This document shows, piece after piece, positions 18,693 through 27,873 of a stretch of DNA of 32,000 nucleotides (position 1 is the stretch's first letter; every line of letters begins with the position of its first letter). The notes beneath the pieces are model-generated. The model made no database searches and was not told the DNA's origin. It saw only the letters and a program-made list of their open reading frames with translations. Source of the DNA: Candidatus Kuenenia stuttgartensis (GTDB lineage: Bacteria > Planctomycetota > Brocadiia > Brocadiales > Brocadiaceae); the NCBI RefSeq assembly GCF_900232105.1, contig NZ_LT934425.1:4260001-4292000 (forward strand). Direction: 5' to 3'. The position numbers and the translations under genes were made by a program.

Positions 18693-19402
18693 CTAAGTTG
18701 GGTTATCTGCACATACCAGATACTTATACTCCCAAAAACGCTGAAAATCTTCACGCATTAAATATGACTTTACGGAACTCAGGTTGATCTTAACTATCCG
18801 GCTCAACCGTACCGTTTGCTTTTCCGTCAAGTTCTCGGGACTTTTCAACAGTAACCAACAGCTCTTTTCCAGAACATTATCAGCGCCTTCCTCCTTGAGC
18901 TTTTTGACCTCTTCCTTCCGTATCTGGTCTATGGCATCGTTGAATTTCTTCATGATGTGAAAACAGTCAAGAATATTAAGCGCCTGGGGTGCTTTCTTCG
19001 CTATCATCTTCAGGTACGGCGCCCACATGTCGCTGCAAACTAATTTGATTCTCAGACAGCGTTCTTTACCCAACTCATTGAGAAATTTCAGCAGGGTCTT
19101 GGCCTTCCGCTCATGACCACTCCATAAAAGCCTTTTGGCATATGAATCAAGCTGATATACAAGGGTTAAATACTTGCGACCACTCCAGACTTGTATCTCG
19201 TCAATTTCTATTTCTGTTACATTCTCCAAGTCCCTGCTGGCAAGAGGCCGTAGGCAACCACAAACTGCACGGCTCGATATACGCTGTCCCAACTGGACTT
19301 GAATATCTCGGCTGTCTCTTTTCAGCTCAGGCGTTTCGCCCATCGGGACAGGAATACCTTATAGGTGGTGGTCATCTGATCCTTACCCTCTGACCAGGGA
19401 AC
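18693..19402 (-). pseudogene. ISL3-family transposase remnant
   Basis: VPWSEGKDQMTTTYKVFLSRWAKRLS*KETAEIFKSSWDSVYRAV in one frame (TGG to TGA nonsense), then VTEIEIDEIQVWSGRKYLTLVYQLD...KRLLWSGHERKAKTLLKF...VCSDMWAPYLK...NILDCFHIMKKFN in another. Both ends are missing. Confidence 0.85.
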
Positions 19403-19561
19403 TAGTATGACGTTTCATTAAAATATACAAATAAAATAGCATCATTACTATGAGGGCATCTAAAATTCAATCCCTTGTAAATACAAGATTTAAGACTGTT
19501 CAGTCTTTGTTCATAATGGAAAACAATATGTCGATGTTTTACCGAAACGCTATACTAGTTC
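19399..19561. repeat. MITE-like element of 163 bp with 18-bp imperfect terminal inverted repeats
   Basis: GAACTAGTATGACGTTTC (19399-19416) against GAAACGCTATACTAGTTC (19544-19561), 16 of 18 paired. Confidence 0.65.
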
Positions 19562-19817
19562 TACATGGATGCCGTCAACAGGACAGGTAGTGCGTCGGGA
19601 TGAGAATATCGGAAAAATACTCGAAACCCCCCATATTGACGGATACTCGTATAACCGGGACGGCTGTGTATCATACCCAGGTACTCTCTTCCCGCACACT
19701 AAACATTCAGGCTTGGCATTTACCCTCGGCTTTATGTCTACTACTAATGCCTCTCCTTCCTTTACTACCCCAAAACTAATTGCTTTATTAACAAACGAAA
19801 TTGTTAATTGGTAATAG

Positions 19818-20210
19818 CTAAAAAAAAGGACATTCGCTAAACGCCGGTGTCATTTTTTTGTTTCTGTAATTATCAATTATGGACGACCCCACCTTCCTTA
19901 ATCTCCTTATCGGCGCACCTATCATCATACCCGCCAGTTGCCCCTGCACCGTCTTCATACTATTTGCTATGCTGTGCCGGAACTGATCGTCGCTGCGTAT
20001 GGCTTCCACAGAGACGCCGTTCAATGCCCTGTTGCATTTCTCTACCGCCGCGGCAAGCGCGGCATCGTCGTTGATATTCATCGTACCGAAGTTATCAATA
20101 AACTCCCTGATATTCCCTATCAGCGTATCCCTGAATATCTTCTTTTCTCCGGAGAGGCGCTCAACCGTCCGGTTCACCATCTCGGCGAGCGTTGTCCGGA
20201 GTGTAGTCAT
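19818..20210 (-). CDS. Hypothetical protein, 130 aa
   Basis: Continuous ORF with plausible codon usage, starting at the ruined 3' end of pgl. No family recognised. Confidence 0.5.
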   Translation of the reverse strand: MTTLRTTLAEMVNRTVERLSGEKKIFRDTLIGNIREFIDNFGTMNINDDAALAAAVEKCNRALNGVSVEAIRSDDQFRHSIANSMKTVQGQLAGMMIGAPIRRLRKVGSSIIDNYRNKKMTPAFSECPFF

Positions 20211-20832
20211 AGCGGTATTCCTTTTACAAGAAAAACAATATTATGTGCTTTATCAATTATATGTGCTTTATTAATTAAAGGTGGCGTTATAGTAATGCGA
20301 TACATCCGTTGTTCCGCTACATACACCTCGCTTACCAGCCGTGTGTTTTCAAAAACAACATCACTTCCGGGAAACAATGACGCCGTATGGCCATTTTCGC
20401 CAAGGCCAAGAAAAATGAGATCAAAGCGAGGAGTCTCTTTTCCTTTGTAATGACGTCTTCATATTTTTTTGCAGCCTCGTCCGGCTCTAAATCAACAGGA
20501 ATTGGGTTAATATTTATTGATGGGATATAATGTGCTCCAGCAATAAAGCTTTTGCCATATTGACATTGTTTAGTTTATTATTAAAGGGTACAAAACGCTC
20601 ATCACCCCAAAAAACAAAGGTTTTGTTCCAGAGGATTTGATCCCGGTAAGGTGGTTTTGCTAAAAGAGAATACAGACATTCAGGGGGTAGTGCCTCCCGA
20701 TAAGGACAAAACAAACTTTCCACGACTTTCGATGGCCTGTTTCGAAATTTTAATCATTAAATCAGCGGCTGCCTGTGCCAATGCCGCTGAAGTCTGAAAA
20801 ACGCTTATATTATTTTGTTGATGCAATTTCAT
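20205..20832 (-). pseudogene. pgl: 6-phosphogluconolactonase, frameshifted and C-terminally truncated
   Basis: MKLHQQNNISVFQTSAALAQAAADLM...GKFVLSLSGGTTP, then LLAKPPYRDQILWNKTFVFWGDERFVPF (another frame), then ETPRFDLIFLGLGENGHTASLFPGSDVVFENTRLVSEVYVAEQRMYRITITPPLINKAH. Confidence 0.88.
20242..20277. repeat. 18-bp tandem duplication inside the pgl remnant
   Basis: TATGTGCTTTATCAATTA TATGTGCTTTATTAATTA; on the - strand it encodes a duplicated (I)NKAHI/IDKAHN. Confidence 0.85.
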
Positions 20833-22339
20833 TTTTTTCAAAAGGTATTGTGATCCAATTGTGGCCGTCTACCGCTATCAATGCGTCTGCATCCTGTGGC
20901 CCGTGTGACCCGGCATCATAGGTTGGGAAATTAGGAGAAGTGTTTGCTTTCCATGCATCTAACACTGGCATTAGTATTGTCCATGCCGCTTCTACCTGGT
21001 CTGCACGCATAAAAAGTGTTGCATCTCCCCGGAAGACATCAATTAGCAATGTTTCATAGGCTTCTGGTGTTCCGCCCGTGTAGGTGTCGTGGTAATTAAA
21101 CAACATGTGAACAGGGTTAAGAAGCATTTTAAGTCCGGGTTGTTTTGCCTGAAAGCTTAACTGTATTCCCATATGAGGCTGGATATTAAGGATAAGTTTG
21201 TTGGATTGCCAATTTTCAATAGCTTCAACCGGGAAGGAATGATGTGGTACCGGTTTAAATTGAATAGTGATCACGGAAATCGTTTCATTCAACCGTTTCC
21301 CGGTACGAACATAAAAAGGCACTCCTTGCCAGCGCCAGTTATCGACATAAAGTTTCACTGCCGCAAAAGTTTCTACATTGGATGATGGGGAAACATCAGG
21401 CTCCTGCCGATAACTCTTAACCTTTTTGCCTTTTACCCATCCACTACCGTATTGACCTCTTATTGCATTTTTATGTACTTCTTCCGGTTTCATTTTTCTC
21501 ACTGCGTTCAGTACATCTACTTTTTTATTACGGATCTCGTTGGCATCAAAAGAAATGGGTGCTTCCATGGCAATAAGGCACATCAGCTGGAGCAGGTGAT
21601 TTTGAATCATATCGCGAAGTGCACCTGCAGTCTCATAATAATTCCCGCGGTGTTCGACGCCCAATTCTTCTGACACAGTTATCTGTATGTGATCTATATA
21701 ATTCCGATTCCAGATCGGCTCAAATAATGCATTGGCAAAACGGAATGCCAAAATATTTTGTACGGTTTCTTTACCCAGGTAGTGATCAATACGATAAATC
21801 TGTGATTCATCAAAATGGGTATGCAACAAGGTATTAAGGTTGATAGCACTTTCCAGGTTGTGCCCGAAAGGCTTTTCTATGACAATGCGGCTTTTCTCCT
21901 TATTTTCTGCAAGCTCCGACGATCCTATTTTCATAGAAATTCCTTCGAATTGATTTGGCGGAACAGCAAGATAAAAGACACTGTTGGCTGTGGCATTCCA
22001 CTTTTTTTCAAGAGCTTTTATCTGTTTGCCGATGGCAGCATAGGTAGATGTAGCATCAAACTCTCCTTGCAGGTAGGTCAGATATTTAGTAAAAACATCC
22101 CAGTGATCTTTTTTTGCTTTTCCCTGTCGTGAAAATTTATCTACGCCTTCATGCAAATGTTTTCCAAATTCGGGGTCGGTGTATTTACGACGACTTACCC
22201 CAATTACCGCGAATTCTCCAGGAATCCAGCCGTCTAACCAGAGGTTGTAAATGGCGGGAATCAGTTTACGCCAGGTTAAATCTCCTGTAGCACCAAGTAT
22301 TATAATAATTGTGTGACCTATTTTTGTTTCGGTTTCCAT
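20810..22339 (-). CDS. zwf: Glucose-6-phosphate 1-dehydrogenase
   Basis: IILGATGDLTWRKLIPAIYNL, RIDHYLGKETVQNILAFRFAN, RTGKRL, GDATLFMRADQVEAAW. The ATG at 22339 (METETKIGHT) is preferred over the longer ORF start. Confidence 0.96.
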   Translation of the reverse strand: METETKIGHTIIIILGATGDLTWRKLIPAIYNLWLDGWIPGEFAVIGVSRRKYTDPEFGKHLHEGVDKFSRQGKAKKDHWDVFTKYLTYLQGEFDATSTYAAIGKQIKALEKKWNATANSVFYLAVPPNQFEGISMKIGSSELAENKEKSRIVIEKPFGHNLESAINLNTLLHTHFDESQIYRIDHYLGKETVQNILAFRFANALFEPIWNRNYIDHIQITVSEELGVEHRGNYYETAGALRDMIQNHLLQLMCLIAMEAPISFDANEIRNKKVDVLNAVRKMKPEEVHKNAIRGQYGSGWVKGKKVKSYRQEPDVSPSSNVETFAAVKLYVDNWRWQGVPFYVRTGKRLNETISVITIQFKPVPHHSFPVEAIENWQSNKLILNIQPHMGIQLSFQAKQPGLKMLLNPVHMLFNYHDTYTGGTPEAYETLLIDVFRGDATLFMRADQVEAAWTILMPVLDAWKANTSPNFPTYDAGSHGPQDADALIAVDGHNWITIPFEKNEIASTK

Positions 22340-22340
22340 G

Positions 22341-23771
22341 TTATTTCTTTTGGTTCCAATGCGTATGAAAAATTCCTTCTCTGTCGTTTCGCTCGTAAGT
22401 ATGAGCGCCAAAATCATCGCGCTGCGCCTGTATTAAATTTGCGGGAAGCCACCCACTCCTGTAGCTGTCGAAATAGGCCAAAGCCCCCATCATTGCAGGA
22501 ACCGGGATCCCGAACCCGACGCCTGTCTGAATAACTTTCCGAATACCTTCTTGCGATTGCATTAATTTTTTTGAAAATGCAACGCTCAGTATAAGATTAG
22601 AAAGATCCGGCTGTTTTGAAAACGCAGAACGGATGTCTTCCAATAATGCCGCACGGATGATACAACCACCCCTCCAGATGGCAGCAATATCTTCTAATTT
22701 CAAATCGTATTTATATTTTTTGGATGCTACCTGTAACAGCGCCATTCCCTGTACATAAACCGTGATGATTGAAAAATAGAGCGCCTGCTCCACCCATTTC
22801 ACCAGATCATTTTTATCTCCGGTGAATTTCACTTCAGAACCTCCCATGTTTTGATGTGCAACTTCTCGTTCATTTTTATAAGCTGACAAATCCCGCATGG
22901 AAACGGCAATATCAATCACCGGAATAGGTACCTGTAAATTCATGGCATCTTCAGAAGTCCAGGCGCCTGTGCCTTTTTGTTTCGCACTGTCGAGGATTCT
23001 GTCAATAATCCGGCTGTCGGTAAGCTCATCTTTTTGCATAAAAATATCTGCGGTAATTTCTATAAGATAAGACTGCAATTCCCCCTCATTCCATTTTGAA
23101 AAAACAGTGTGTAGCTCATCATTGCTCATAGCCGCACATTCCTTCAACAGGTGATAAGCTTCGGCAATGAGTTGCATCAGCCCATATTCAATGCCGTTGT
23201 GTACCATTTTTACATAGTGTCCTGCGGAGCCAGGCCCCAACCATGTTACGCAAGGCTCATTATTCGCTTTGGCAGAAACAGCTTTCAGCATCTCAGCCAC
23301 ACGCTCATATACTTTCTTAGGTCCGCCCGGCATAATGCTTGGCCCGTGGCGGGCACCCAGTTCTCCTCCTGAAATGCCAACACCCATAAAATGAATGGCT
23401 GATTCTTCCAATTGCTCACTCCTTCTGTTGGTATCCGTAAAGTGAGAATTACCGAAGTCCATCAGTAAATCATTTTTTGACAAAAAAGGTTTTAATTCAC
23501 TAATAACGTCATCCACAATTTTTCCGGCAGGCACAAGCATTATGATTACTTTAGGGGTCTTTAGCGTATTTAGAAATTCATTCAAGTCTGATGTGGCAGA
23601 TATCTTTTCAGTGCCAGCTTCTTTCTTGAGCGTTTCCACCTGGGAACGATTCTTATCAAAACCAATAACGGTGTATCCATTATCGCTCATGTTATAAACC
23701 AGATTGCACCCCATGGTACCGAGACCAATCATTCCGTAGTCGAATTTTGTCTCTTTCATAATTTCAAGCAA
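22341..23771 (-). CDS. gnd: 6-phosphogluconate dehydrogenase, decarboxylating
   Basis: YGMIGLGTMGCNLVYNM, GVGISGGELGARHGPSIMPGG, GPGSAGHYVKMVHNGIEYG, IAAIWRGGCIIRA. Confidence 0.96.
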   Translation of the reverse strand: MLEIMKETKFDYGMIGLGTMGCNLVYNMSDNGYTVIGFDKNRSQVETLKKEAGTEKISATSDLNEFLNTLKTPKVIIMLVPAGKIVDDVISELKPFLSKNDLLMDFGNSHFTDTNRRSEQLEESAIHFMGVGISGGELGARHGPSIMPGGPKKVYERVAEMLKAVSAKANNEPCVTWLGPGSAGHYVKMVHNGIEYGLMQLIAEAYHLLKECAAMSNDELHTVFSKWNEGELQSYLIEITADIFMQKDELTDSRIIDRILDSAKQKGTGAWTSEDAMNLQVPIPVIDIAVSMRDLSAYKNEREVAHQNMGGSEVKFTGDKNDLVKWVEQALYFSIITVYVQGMALLQVASKKYKYDLKLEDIAAIWRGGCIIRAALLEDIRSAFSKQPDLSNLILSVAFSKKLMQSQEGIRKVIQTGVGFGIPVPAMMGALAYFDSYRSGWLPANLIQAQRDDFGAHTYERNDREGIFHTHWNQKK

Positions 23772-23810
23772 TTGACTTGTATTTTTTTGCCTTCCTCAGC
23801 ATTTGGTTGA

Positions 23811-24953
23811 TCAAGATGTTTTGCCTCCAAGCATTTTCAATCTTTTATCTGCCAGGTTGCTAATCAATTTATTATAAGCCTCCGTAAATTTCTGGATGCC
23901 TTCGTCTTCTAATTGTTGTGTTACAAACGAGATATCAATACCCAGCTTTTTTAGTTCACCAAACAAAGCCCTGGCTTGATCGAGGTCATCCTCAATGGCA
24001 TCTTTTTTTAGGATTCCATGTTTGGCAAAAGTTTCAATCGTTTTATCGGGCAAAGTATTTATTGTGTTTTCACCAATCAGCGGGTCAACGTAGCGAAGAT
24101 CATTGTAGAGCGGGTCTTTGTTGCTGGTGCTTGCCCACAATGGCCGCTGTACATGAGCGCCTTTTTCTTCCAGTTTTTTCCAGTTCTCACCGCTGAATAT
24201 TTCTTTAAACCGCTGATAGCATAATCGTGCTGTGGCAATTCCTGCCTTGCCCGATAAAGGATGGGTTCGGTTGGGGTTTTTATTTTCTTCGTTTTTGATA
24301 ATGTACTGGCCGAGCAGTTGGTCGGTGAGTACATCAATTCTGCTGATAAAAACACTTGCTACGGAAATAATATGATCTATCGGCTTGCCTTCTGCAACTC
24401 TTCGTGTAATGGCATTGATGTACGCTTTTGCAACTTCAACATAGCTTTCAATAGAAAAAAGAAGTGTTATGTTGATGTTGACACCTTCGTAAAGCATCTG
24501 CTCGATAGCCGGAACGCCTTCCTTTGTTCCCGGGATTTTGATAAGGCAGTTTTTCTTACCAACTGCATTATACAATCTGCGGGATTCTTTTATGGTGCCT
24601 TCCGTATCACGTGCCAGATAAGGCGGTACTTCAAGGCTTACAAAACCATCGGTGCCATCTGATTTTTCATACACCGGAAACAGGATGTCACAGGCATCCT
24701 GAACATCTTTTATGGTAAGTTCGTCATAAATTTGCGCCGGGGCTTTGCCTTCTTTTACCAATTTGGCAATCTGATCGTCATAATCTGAACCGCTTGTAAT
24801 CGACTTGTTGAAAATGCTTGGGTTTGAGGTTACTCCCCTCAGCCCCTGATCATCTACTCTTTTTTTCAATTCGCCGGAAGTGATTTTCTCCCGCGTTAAA
24901 TTATCAAGCCAATAGCTCTGGCCGTATTGCAATAATTCGATTAGTGTTTTCAT
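23811..24953 (-). CDS. tal: Transaldolase, long form of about 380 aa
   Basis: YWLDNLTREKI, GLRGVTSNPSIFNKSI, KIPGTKEGVPAIEQML, VASVFISRID, QRPLWASTSNKDP. Confidence 0.95.
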   Translation of the reverse strand: MKTLIELLQYGQSYWLDNLTREKITSGELKKRVDDQGLRGVTSNPSIFNKSITSGSDYDDQIAKLVKEGKAPAQIYDELTIKDVQDACDILFPVYEKSDGTDGFVSLEVPPYLARDTEGTIKESRRLYNAVGKKNCLIKIPGTKEGVPAIEQMLYEGVNINITLLFSIESYVEVAKAYINAITRRVAEGKPIDHIISVASVFISRIDVLTDQLLGQYIIKNEENKNPNRTHPLSGKAGIATARLCYQRFKEIFSGENWKKLEEKGAHVQRPLWASTSNKDPLYNDLRYVDPLIGENTINTLPDKTIETFAKHGILKKDAIEDDLDQARALFGELKKLGIDISFVTQQLEDEGIQKFTEAYNKLISNLADKRLKMLGGKTS

Positions 24954-25179
24954 CTTTGATAATATCCTTGTTTAGTAACTATTTAGCTGCTTTACACAAG
25001 CTCTGGTTTTTAATGGCCACTTTCTGAGGCCGCCTCTAACTCCACCGTCTGCCGACGGAGAGAATGCCAGCGCACCTGCTATTGGTGTGGCTGGTGCGGC
25101 TGGGCTCTCTTCTTCCGCCAACCGGCGGAGAATGCTTGTCCCAACTATGGGAAGCTGGAGATACATGGTCGATCCGTCA

Positions 25180-25620
25180 CTAACTTAAATGAGGTCGGAG
25201 CATCCAGGCTGTTTTTAAATGGTATTCCATCAAGCCGGTAATGTAATCGCTGATGCCTTCTGCCTTTAGCTTATCTGCAATTGGATTTATATTTTCTCTT
25301 AAAAAAATGATGATGCTTTCGTGGTCTTCCAATAATTCTGCAAAAAGGCTTCTGCTGTCGTTCTTGTCGATAGCTTTTCCAGAAAGATGGGTGAGTTCGA
25401 GATATTTACTGAGTTGTGCGGGTACGTAATGCCCAATGGCACGTATCCTTTCGGCTATGGTATCTACAATTTCCTGTTGCTGATTGTAGAGCTTCTCCAG
25501 ATACACATGCACTGCATGAAAATTGGAATAAAGTACGAATTCATCGGCCAGTATTTTTGATAACTGGTCGGCAATTGCTTGTCTGTTTGTATCGGTAATT
25601 CCGATGTTTGCTTTTTTCAT
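25180..25620 (-). CDS. Dps/ferritin-like protein with an in-frame deletion of the usual HWN segment
   Basis: ADEFVLYSNFHAVHVYLEKLYNQQQEIVDTIAERIRAIGHYVPAQLSKYLELTHL matches Dps, but the usual ...YTKTRxxHWNVxGPD... stretch is absent. Confidence 0.85.
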   Translation of the reverse strand: MKKANIGITDTNRQAIADQLSKILADEFVLYSNFHAVHVYLEKLYNQQQEIVDTIAERIRAIGHYVPAQLSKYLELTHLSGKAIDKNDSRSLFAELLEDHESIIIFLRENINPIADKLKAEGISDYITGLMEYHLKTAWMLRPHLS

Positions 25621-25668
25621 GGTTTATATGTTTTAAGTTAACAATCTTTTAAAGTGTTTTTTAGGTTA

Positions 25669-27684
25669 TTATTCAATCAAAGCTTTCGCTCTTTTTACTA
25701 CATTTTCCACAGTAAAGCCATATTCTTTCATCACCTCTTCACCAGGAGCAGATTCTCCAAATCTGTCGATGCCGATGATGTCGCCCTGGTCAGTTACATA
25801 TTTAAGCCAGCCCAAAGGTGATCCGGCTTCTACTGCCAGTCGTTTCCGCAATGAGGCGGGAAATATCTTTTCTTTATAAGTTTTATCCTGTTTTTCGAAT
25901 AGTTCCCACGATGGCATGCTTACCACACGTGCGGCGATGTTTTCTTCTTTTAATCTTTGCTGAGCTGCCAGCAGCAACTGCACTTCCGAACCCGTACCAA
26001 TTAAAATAATGTCGGGCTGTGTTTTTGATTCCGAAAGAATGTAAGCCCCCTTTTCCAATTCAATCGCCTTTGTATATTTTTCCTGGTCGATTACCGGAAT
26101 TTTCTGGCGAGTTAAAATTAATGCAACTGGTCCACCGGAATGTTCAATTGCTATCCGCCAGGCTTGCACGGTTTCATTGGCGTCTGCCGGGCGAATTACT
26201 GTTAGGTTGGGAACTGATCGCAAACCGATGAGTTGTTCTACGGGCTGGTGGGTGGTGCCATCTTCTCCTAACGCTATGCTGTCGTGTGTAAAAACATATA
26301 TGGGCCGTATTTTCATAATCGCTGCCAGCCGGATGGGTGGCCGCATGTAATCGGAGAATACCAGGAATGTAGCCCCGTAAGGAATGAGGTATTTACTAAG
26401 CACTAATCCATTTAAGATAGCGCCCATGGCGTGTTCCCTGATGCCAAAGTGAAAATTGCGACCATCATAATTTGTCGCTAAAAATGATTTGTATTTCTCC
26501 AGGTTGGTGTCGGTAGAAGGAGCAAGGTCCGCCGAGCCGCCTATTAAATTCGGCAAATAATCGGCTATTGCATTTAACACTTTGCCAGAGGCTTTGCGTG
26601 TCGCCATTTCTTCTTCAGTTTTAAAAACAGGCACCCTCTCTTCCCATCCTTCCGGTAATTTACCGCTGCTCAACAACTCATATTCATTGGATAGTTCGAT
26701 ATATTTTTCTTTGTACCTTTTATAAAGATCGTTCCAGTTCTTTTCTTTATCTATTCCTTTCTTACCTGCTTCACGATAATAATTTAATACATCGTCGGGC
26801 ACAACAAAATGTTTATCAGGGTCAAAGCCAAAATTCTCCTTCACGAGCTTCACTTCTGCTTCGCCTAAGGCAGAGCCATGTGCAGCGGCCGTATCTTGTT
26901 TGTTGGGGCTGCCATAACCAATGTGTGTGCGCACCTTTATCAGTGAAGGACGGTCTGTTTCCTTTTGCGCATTTTTTATTGCTGTTGATAAAGCACCTAA
27001 ATCATTACCATCCGGAAGCTCCTGAACATGCCAGCCATACGCTTCAAAGCGTTTTGCCACGTCTTCATCAAATGCAAGATCGGTATTGCCTTCAATAGTT
27101 ATATGGTTATCGTCGTACAAATAAATCATGTTGCCTAACTGAAGATGTCCGGCTATAGAAGCAGCTTCAGAACTAATACCTTCCATAATATCGCCATCGC
27201 TGCAAATAGCATAAACCTTATAATTAAAAATATCAAAACCAGGTTTATTGTAGCGGGCTGCCATATATCTTTGTGCAATGGCAAACCCTACGCCGTTGGC
27301 AAATCCCTGCCCTAGCGGGCCGGTCGTTACTTCAATACCGGGTAACAATCCGTATTCAGGATGCCCCGCTGTTTTACTGTGTAATTGCCGGAATTTTTTG
27401 ATATCGTCGAGCGTGATGGGATAACCCGTTAAGTACAAAAAACTATACTGCAACATGCAGGCATGGCCGCAGGATAAAATAAAGCGGTCTCTGTTTGCCC
27501 ATGCTGGATTCTGGGGATTATAGTTCATGATTTGCGCCCACAGAACATGGCCAACGGATGCAAGCCCCATGGGTGTTCCGGGATGACCTGAATTTGCTTT
27601 TTGTACGGCATCTGCAGCGAGTATCCGAACCGTATTGATACCCTGCTGTTCAAGTGTTCCTGTTTTAGGGTTCATGTTGTTCAA
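25669..27684 (-). CDS. tkt: Transketolase
   Basis: GHPGTPMGLASVGHVLW, GHACMLQYSFLYLTGY, GPLGQGFANGVGFAIA, CSDGDIMEGIS, GIREHAMGAILNGL, DSIALGEDGTTHQPVEQL. Confidence 0.97.
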   Translation of the reverse strand: MNNMNPKTGTLEQQGINTVRILAADAVQKANSGHPGTPMGLASVGHVLWAQIMNYNPQNPAWANRDRFILSCGHACMLQYSFLYLTGYPITLDDIKKFRQLHSKTAGHPEYGLLPGIEVTTGPLGQGFANGVGFAIAQRYMAARYNKPGFDIFNYKVYAICSDGDIMEGISSEAASIAGHLQLGNMIYLYDDNHITIEGNTDLAFDEDVAKRFEAYGWHVQELPDGNDLGALSTAIKNAQKETDRPSLIKVRTHIGYGSPNKQDTAAAHGSALGEAEVKLVKENFGFDPDKHFVVPDDVLNYYREAGKKGIDKEKNWNDLYKRYKEKYIELSNEYELLSSGKLPEGWEERVPVFKTEEEMATRKASGKVLNAIADYLPNLIGGSADLAPSTDTNLEKYKSFLATNYDGRNFHFGIREHAMGAILNGLVLSKYLIPYGATFLVFSDYMRPPIRLAAIMKIRPIYVFTHDSIALGEDGTTHQPVEQLIGLRSVPNLTVIRPADANETVQAWRIAIEHSGGPVALILTRQKIPVIDQEKYTKAIELEKGAYILSESKTQPDIILIGTGSEVQLLLAAQQRLKEENIAARVVSMPSWELFEKQDKTYKEKIFPASLRKRLAVEAGSPLGWLKYVTDQGDIIGIDRFGESAPGEEVMKEYGFTVENVVKRAKALIE

Positions 27685-27873
27685 TTGTTTAAGTTTTAAG
27701 TTGATAATTTAAACGCATTATAAAGATTTTCGTTGAATGGATTTCGTTTCGTCATTTAAATAAAAAACGCCACCGATACTTTCATGTAAACCCGTCGTTG
27801 TAGCTATCTGTTCATGATAACTTCGCCTCTATTCAATAATATCTTTTAACATTTGTTTAGCCATTTCTGGTTT

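Noticed and set aside
19569-19814. 81-aa + strand ORF MPSTGQVVRRDENIG...
   Set aside because: Low-complexity, Ser/Thr-rich composition, no recognisable motif or RBS, and located in a region of mobile-element debris.
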